Shown here piece by piece: positions 56,137 to 64,000 of a DNA stretch of 64,000 nucleotides. This DNA comes from Histomonas meleagridis 2922-C6/04-290x (Eukaryota > Protista > Parabasalia). Under the pieces are notes generated by a model that saw only the letters and a list, made by a program, of their open reading frames with translations, made no database searches and had not been told where the DNA came from. The stretch spans positions 186,001 to 250,000 of the forward strand of contig JAANOX010000117.1 in assembly GCA_020184695.1 (NCBI GenBank), read 5' to 3'. The position numbers and the translations under genes were made by a program. Position 1 is the stretch's first letter; each line of letters starts with the position of its first letter.

Positions 56137-59100
56137 TTATGTCAAGTCCATCTGGTCACAATTATATATTCCTAAATCCAATTTTTCTTTCATAATTTCT
56201 TTTGTTTCATAAGCTGGAATATAAATTGTTTTAAGACATGTAGATGCTACAGGCAATCTATCTTGAGGCAACTCCGTATCGAAATGTACAATAATTTTAA
56301 AGTCTTTCACTATGTTAAAGTTAGGATGTGAAGGTTGAGCTAATAGGAAAATTAAGAATTTTTTCATTTGTTCTTGATCATATTGTCTTAATATTTCAAT
56401 GAAGAAATTCTTTAATTCTTCAGTTTCATTTTCAAATTTCAAATGATTAATTAATCCGTCTATATCGATAGTACTACAGCAAAGGAATTTAATTAAACCA
56501 CCAGATATTAACTTATTATCTTTGCAACCTGATTGATTATTATTCAATCCATTTCTTATTATAGTAAGCCATTTTTCAATCGATTCAATCCTTAAAGTAA
56601 TTACAATTTTCTCATAAACATCAACGAAATTTGAAGCAATCGATTTATCAGTCGGGAATCCGATTATAGGCTTTTCAACTGAATCCCAATCTTTATATGT
56701 AGAAAAACATAAATTTTCATTTGATTTTCTCATTTCTTGAATGTAATTCTTTAAACCTATATCATTTTCATACACGTCTTCCTTAGTAATTCGTCCTCCA
56801 GCTAAAAACTTCCAAACGAAATTTGGAAAGTGAATATTTTGTAGTAAATTTAATCGAATTATTGCGCCTAAAATGACACCAAATGCGAAAAATGCGTCTT
56901 CAACTTCTTTACCAGAATTTGTTGGATAAGGAATCACATCGAAGATTCCATTTTTTTCATCAAAATTCGGTGATCTTTTACATAAACCAGTTCGAACATT
57001 TAAAAATGAATCAGTTATCATCATAATGACATCATATGTTATACCATCCATATCATATGATATCTTATCTTTATATCTAATTCCCCAATTAGGAAGTTTA
57101 TATCTTAAAAGATTAAGTTTTTTGTTTTGTATTCCTTTGGAGAATTGATATATCATTGTATCTTCGACTTTGACAGGTGCATTTGCTTTATCTTTGTCTA
57201 AAATAATTCTAAAATAATACAACCATTCGATCGAAAATTGTTTAACGAATCCATTTGAGCACGTGTCATCCCTCTTGTAATATTAAATATAGATAATCGT
57301 GATTTATATTGTAATAAATGTGAATTTTCTACTATAAGTTTTAACATTTCTTTTTCATCATTTGATTTTTCTGTTTTATCATGAAGTTTTATATAAGTTT
57401 TGTTAATAATATATATACAAAATGCTTTGCATTGAAGTATTTCAATTCCAAATTTTTGAATTAACTTTTTCATTTCAAATGTTTGGTAATTAAATGTTTC
57501 AAAGTCTTTATCATCAAAAACAGATGATGAAGAATATGTAAGAAATTCATCAGTATCAATATCTTTCCAATCAAGTGCAAATTTATTTTGTAATACAGAA
57601 TTATTATCAATCTTTATTTCATGATATGCTTTAATACAAATTTCTTGATTTACATTATCAAAGTTAATAGTTTCAGTCTTTCCTGATTCTAGAATATATT
57701 TATCAATTTTTACATTTTTAAATATTATTACAAATAATATCTGTTCATTAGTTTTATTTGTAATATTAATGACATTATCTTTAATTTCATATTCATATTC
57801 ATCTTTTAGACATGTTTCATAAAATGAATTAATATTTTTAATCGTATTATAAACTTTTTGAAATATTGAAGACGGGAAATTATTAATTGTTTCATATTGA
57901 TTCATTAACTGAATAATTTGATATAAAATCTTTAAGTTAATGTTATTTTCTATTTCATTAATATTAAATTTTTCAGAAATTTCTTTATCTTCTATTCCAA
58001 TAAATGTTTTTAATTGCTCTTTTTCTATTTCATTAAATGAAATTAACTTTCCTTCTTCTGTTTCAAGAAATAGTTTTAATTGTTCTTTTTCAATCTCAAG
58101 GAAAATTTTGAAATTTTTATTATCCGAATTCTTTTTATAGAAATATAATAAATGTTTAATATAAGTTTCATTAAAATCATCTTTACAGAAACATACCTTG
58201 TTTTGAATATAAGCAAAGAATTGTGGAATATATTTTATTATCATTGGCGAATTTATTAACCAACAATCGATTAATGAAAGTTTTGCATTAATACGTTGTT
58301 TAGATGTTGAACAATTTTCAATGTAAATCCATAATAATATCAAAAATACTAATGGTGTATCATTAATCCAAATATCATTTTTATCAATTTTCCCTTTAGA
58401 ACCATCAGAGAATGTTATCACATAATTATTCTCATCAGAATCAATATTTTTTCCTGGTGGAATATATATTAAATCTCCTCTATAAAGAAGATTATGATAT
58501 TTATAATCACCTGCCATTTTAATTAATTCATCTCCGATATCATCTAAGAAATGAACATTTATAAGTTTTTTAAGTGCAAGATAAATTATTTGTACATTTT
58601 TACTTTGTAATAACCCATATGAAAGATTCTCGAAAAATCCTGAATTAAGATCATATGGGAAAACTTCATTTCCGATTAACTTATTATCAGATCCTATAAG
58701 TGAAACAATCGCAGATTGTAAAAATGAAAATTTGATATTAAAAGATTCTTCTTTATCATGTAATATATGTAATGCAATTAAAACGCTTATCAATTGATTG
58801 GTCATATCTTTTTCAAGATTAATTTGCATGTTAAGAAATGATTCTTTTGTTAATATAAAATCTTTTGTTTCATCAAGTTGAAAAGAATCAACGTTTTCGC
58901 ATAAAAGTGTATTATGTGTTTCTCTTTCATCTTGTGTTATTTGATTAACATTTAATTCTTGATTATCATCGAAACGAATGTTGTTATTATATGAAATAAA
59001 TGAATCGCCATAAATATTTGGAATATAATCATATATGACATCAGAAACTATAATGTTACTTTTATAAGTAATGAATTCTATTATTGTATCACTATCTGCA

Positions 59101-62100
59101 TAAAAACTATTTCCATTAAAATTAATCTTTTTTTCTCCTATTTCAAATGTAATATTAATATTGTTTTTAATACCATTTATTATTTTTTGAGTTCCAAACA
59201 TTTTCCCTGTTGGTATTTCTATATAAATATTATTTTTATTTCTAATCACAATATAACCATTAAAAGGTATTATAGAAATGTTTTTAATTTTCATTGTAAT
59301 ATATATATAATAATGATTCCAATCACCTTGTTGAATTTTACTTAAAATTTCGTTTTCTGAAAAAGAACCACTTGGTTGTTTAAATATTCTATTTTTTAAT
59401 TTATTATTGTTAAAATAATCCATATAATAATTAGTAAAAGGTTTTGCTGTTTTTACTATTTCATCGATTGAAAAATCAACATTTTGTTCAGAAATATAAC
59501 GAATTAATGTTTGAATATATAACTTAATTAAAAATATATTATTCGATTCCATACAAACACTTTTGAATTTGATGACATCTTCGAATTTTATTGATTCCTC
59601 TAAATTAAGTTCTACTTCTTGAATTGTTTCATAAATTTTTGGTTTATGAAAGCGATAAAGTTTACTATGTGGAGTAAATGGTGCTTTAAGATATTTATTA
59701 CCAATGTATTCATTAAAACTTAAATATTTTCCTTCTTCATTTTGAAATGTAAGTATATCATTAAAATCAGATCCATCTGCAGCAATTATTGCAAAAATAA
59801 GGATAAGATAATGCTCAAAAAAATCAACAGGAATTGTTAATATAATTTCTTTGGTAAATTTTTTAATTAACAAATTAGAATTCTGATTTAATATATTTCT
59901 AAATCCATAAATAATTTGTGGAAATGTTGTAGTTATTGAATGCAATTTAATTATTTCGTCATTAATTTTAGATTTAACTGCATTTAAATAATCTTTACAT
60001 TCATTTTCATCAAAGATTTGATATCTTAAAATATCAAAAAATAGTTTAACTGATGACCTGTGTATTATCCAATCACTATTTTTCAAAATTCCTTCAAGAA
60101 TATTTCTTGAAATTTTAATGTTTAATATATTATTTGGAATGTTAAATAATATGAATTGCATGAAATATTCATTTTCACTCTCAAAATTATATGTTATGCT
60201 TAGAATTGTATTTGTCTCAAGTGCTAATCCTATATATGTATAAAAAATTGGATCATTTTTATCAATACATCTTTGCGCAAATTTCGTAATTATATTTATT
60301 GCCTTATTATGTAAGTTTTTACAAGTTGCAAGAATTGTAAATAAAGTCTCTAAACCTGGATATATGTTAGTTTCTGATTCCATTAAAAAATCTATAAAAC
60401 TTTCTAATTTCTGAACATGTTCATCATTCATTGGTGTTGATGATAAAAAATAATCAAGTTTTTGATATGATATATTTGTTGAAATTCCATTCACTAATAT
60501 TTCTTGATTATCTTTATTAATTATTTTATAAAGAGATTCAAATCTTTGGAAACCATCAAAAACATTTTGAATTTGTTTTGGTAATATTTTAATAAATAAA
60601 TCAGGATCATTATATTGAATGAAATTTTCTATTTTTTTAAGATATTCATTTTGTTTATCACTATTTTTTGAGAAGTCATTTAAAGATGGTATAAATTTAA
60701 TTAATATGATGATATTAGAATAAATTCGTCTTAATGTTTCTTTCTCATCAGTTCTTTTGAGTTGAAAAATATCAATACTATTTCTTAATACCCATGATTT
60801 AATTGTGTTTCCAATTCCATTTGCTTTGATTTCGGTAAAAAGATTTGTTTGATGTAAAACAACAGCTAATAAAACTTTATAAATAGAATTTAAAAAATTA
60901 TTATTTAATAATTTGTTTTTAGGTTTATATTTATCATAATCATTTTTAAAGAATTCACAAATGTCATTATCATCAATTAATTCATATAAAGATTCTATTT
61001 CACTTGTTATTGATTCCAAATTTATTTTTTTATCATCAATTGGTTGAATTAACCATGAAAATTTTTTTTCACATTTATAAGTTCCTCCTCCACAAATTAA
61101 TTTAGATATTGCACATATTTGAACCATTAAAAAGTAAAATTCAAAAAGATTATTTTCATTATATTTGATATATATTAATAGTTCTGATATTGTTAATGAA
61201 TATTTCAACGTTTCGCTTGCAATATCACATGAGGAAAGTAAAGGTGGTGCAAGTGCTAAGAAATTTGTAAACAATTTGATTTTAATTATATCAATTTCAG
61301 TAATTTGATATTCAACAAAAGAAAAAATTTGTTGAAGAATTATATTTGAAATATTTTCATATAACATTTTAATATATTCAAGTATTGTTTTAATGCATTT
61401 TGATTCATTAAAATTCATTGGATCTTCTTTTATATCTTTTATTGAAGAATCAATTAAACTTTCTTGACATATAAGTAAAAAATCTAATAACCAGTAATTA
61501 TCTTCTTCATTCGCAAACAATTTTTTGATAAATTTGTTATTAATTTTAATTTTAGATATAAATGTTGAATACCAAAGTTGTCTTAAAGACCATTCAATAA
61601 AATTAATATTATTTTCTTTATTATCTGAAATTAGTTTTTTAAATAAACCAAGAAAATCATCAATTTCTGTTTCATTATAAAACAAATCGACATTATTCAC
61701 TATGACACCATAAATTATATTTCGAGTTTCTTCATCATCATTTTCACTTATTAACTTTTTTAAAAATGGTTTAATTATTTTTGTAGATTCTAAAATGTGT
61801 TCATCTAGATGATGACATGTTAAATTTATATCAAGTATTAGTAAAAGTGCTTTAAATAATTCTGATTTGGGTTTATTTACTTTAATAAAATGAACAAAAG
61901 TTTTTAATTGGTTAGGTGACATAATTAATTTTTCAGGTATTACATGAGAAAAAGCTAATGATTTCATTTTAGTAAATAAAACTTTTCCATAAGTTTCATA
62001 ATCCACATTTTCATTTTCATTTCTTTCTTTAAAATAAGATTTGTTTATTAACATATTCGATGCACTTTTATAAATATAAGAAGAAATTATATTTTTATTA

Positions 62101-63437
62101 TGAGATTCAGTTACAATAAAAATAACTTCATGTAATGAATTAATTGTTGCTTTTAGTATATTTTCTTCTAAATTTTCGAAAAAGTTAAAATTAGACATCC
62201 TTTTCCCATCTAATGAATAAGTGTTACATTCTCTCAACTTTATTACAATTATAGATAATCCATCAGTTACATAAATTTTTTTTCCTTCTTTAGGAAATAA
62301 TTTTTCATTTTTAATATAAATATTTGAACATTTTTCATTGAAATATTTTATTGACTTATCTTCTTTATTGAATAATATATAAGATGAACCATTTGAACAT
62401 GCATCAGTAATACCATTATATACATCTTCATTTATTTCATTTGGAAAAATATCGTTTTCTTCTATATCTGTTAAGCCAATTTGTAATAAATATGATTTAG
62501 TTTTTATATATAAATGTTGTGTAGAACAAAACATAAATGTATTATCATCAATGTCATAATCATGTAAATTATAAGTTTCGGAATAATCTAAAACTTTACC
62601 ATAGTATATTGGATATAAAAACATAATCTTATCTTTGCTTAATACAAATAAATAAGAATTACTACTACAGATACATTGTACCGAAAAATCAACTTCAAAT
62701 CTTGAAAGTGGCTGAGAAATATTTATTGAAGCAGGAATATCTTCATCCCAATATCTTAAGTTATCGAATATTTCAGAACATTCTTGGTCAGAATCAAATT
62801 GTATCTTTTTGTTTGGAAATATGAAATTACATAACTCATCATCAATTATGGTATTAATAACTTGAAAAAATTCGGTTTCTTTTTGTGCATCGTTATTTTT
62901 GATTTCATAATTTTGATGAATTTGTTCAATTAAAGATTTCATTTGTTGGATAAGCTTGTCATTGTTATGAAGCCAATACCTTCTTAAAAATGTTAAAATG
63001 TCTTTACTACAAAAAGTTGATTGAGGTACATCAGGGTTTTTGATTTTCAATGAAATTGTGGATGGATTTTGATAATGTTGAGATCTTACTCTTTGCCTGT
63101 GATTACTGCGTTTAGATGCATTTTTTTGACAATCGTTCATGTTTCTGCTAACAAGGTATTTTTCAATGTATTTCTTATCTTCACGAAATTTTTCCTGATT
63201 TGCAAGACGAATTGACCCACGAATCATGCCGCGAGTTGATTCGCAGAACTGAGGCGCTGTGGTTGCAACAATAAGTAGACCTAAGGAACTTATTTCATAC
63301 TGTTCAAAATCGAAAGTATTTTGATGGAATTTTATTTCTTGGTATTTATTGTGAATGAATTTTTCGTGAGTTTTTGCTCTTAATTTGTCCTGAAAAATTA
63401 TCGATAATGAAAAATTTTCATCCAGTTTGAAACTCAT
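56137..63437 (-). CDS. Large HECT-domain E3 ubiquitin ligase-like protein; frame break near 57198-57222
   Basis: C-terminal ORF has HECT features (FFAFGVILGAIIR, DRLPVASTCLKTIYIPAYETKEIMKEKLDLGI with catalytic Cys). The upstream 2079-aa ORF from ATG 63437 (preceded by TCATTT Inr-like motif) overlaps it, and the two join by removing 11, 17 or 23 nt. Confidence 0.75.
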
Positions 63438-64000
63438 TGTGAAATGAAGACACGTTGAAAAAATTGAATACAGTAAACTTGCGAAAAAATTGTTTGAATG
63501 TAACTTGTCAAAAATTGGATCCAAAATAATCGTTGAAATGAAGTAATGTTTCAGTTTTATGGAATAATTTCATTTTTATTAAATTTGAAACAAGTATTTA
63601 TATAAATAACAAAACATTTAAATAAATTTATTGGCAAAATTTAAAAAATTAATTTCTAATTTATTAGACAACACACCTCATTACATTATTATCATTTTTA
63701 ATAATTCAAATTTCATTAGATGAAATAACATTAATTATATTTTTGAATCAATAATGTGAGTATGAAATGATCTTTATAATATATTTTGTGATCAAAATCA
63801 TCATTTTTCTGGCAGCATTATGTTTTACACTCCTATGACTCAATTAATTTACTTGAAATCCTACGTTAAGGATCATTAAGTATCGAAAATTATATCAAAA
63901 AAAATAAAATACTTTTTTTCATCTATTCAAATAGATGGGTGTGAAGCTTGATCGTTACTTTAGTAGAGCCTCAATTCATCGTTAGCAATTAAACGTTTAA

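Noticed and set aside
2869-57222. Numerous 60-170 aa ORFs antisense or out of frame to long genes
   Set aside because: They are shadows of the real CDSs with no independent motifs; several begin at non-ATG codons.
1-64000. rRNA, tRNA or snRNA genes
   Set aside because: None was recognised by eye. A covariance-model search was not possible, so small divergent RNAs cannot be excluded.

Overview
This is AT-rich eukaryotic DNA from a parabasalid protist. The evidence is a BspA-like LRR gene, DUF3447-type ankyrin genes and TCAY(T/A) initiator motifs; Histomonas/Tritrichomonas-like is my inference. The window holds housekeeping genes (CFAP410-like LRR, ER Hsp70, TBC Rab-GAP, Sec24, kinesin-8, CLASP-like, Rab11, NAK kinase-ANTH, Furry/MOR2-like, large HECT ligase). 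It also holds three mosaic paralogues of a surface protein with a Firmicute-like ectodomain, two copies of a TA-flanked pogo-like DNA transposon and a MITE-like element. The main discovery is in seven ankyrin-repeat loci on both strands. Their D-x-x-G-x-T hairpin loops are broken into single codons separated by U-rich inserts of exactly 17 nt. The gap between the D and T codons is 80, 63 or 46 nt, i.e. 12 coding nt plus 4, 3 or 2 inserts. I decoded 34 loops by hand (about 130 inserts, all but three 17 nt). Removing the inserts gives no stop codon, puts Gly at its canonical position in 25 of 34 loops, and repeatedly yields textbook loops such as DKDGKT. The inserts read R-TTT...R-TTT, with no terminal AG and no ACTAAC branch point. 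They therefore look like a non-canonical micro-intron or recoding system with 3-nt exons, which I do not recognise from the literature. The mechanism cannot be determined from DNA alone. Several other frameshifts sit in homopolymer runs and may be assembly errors.
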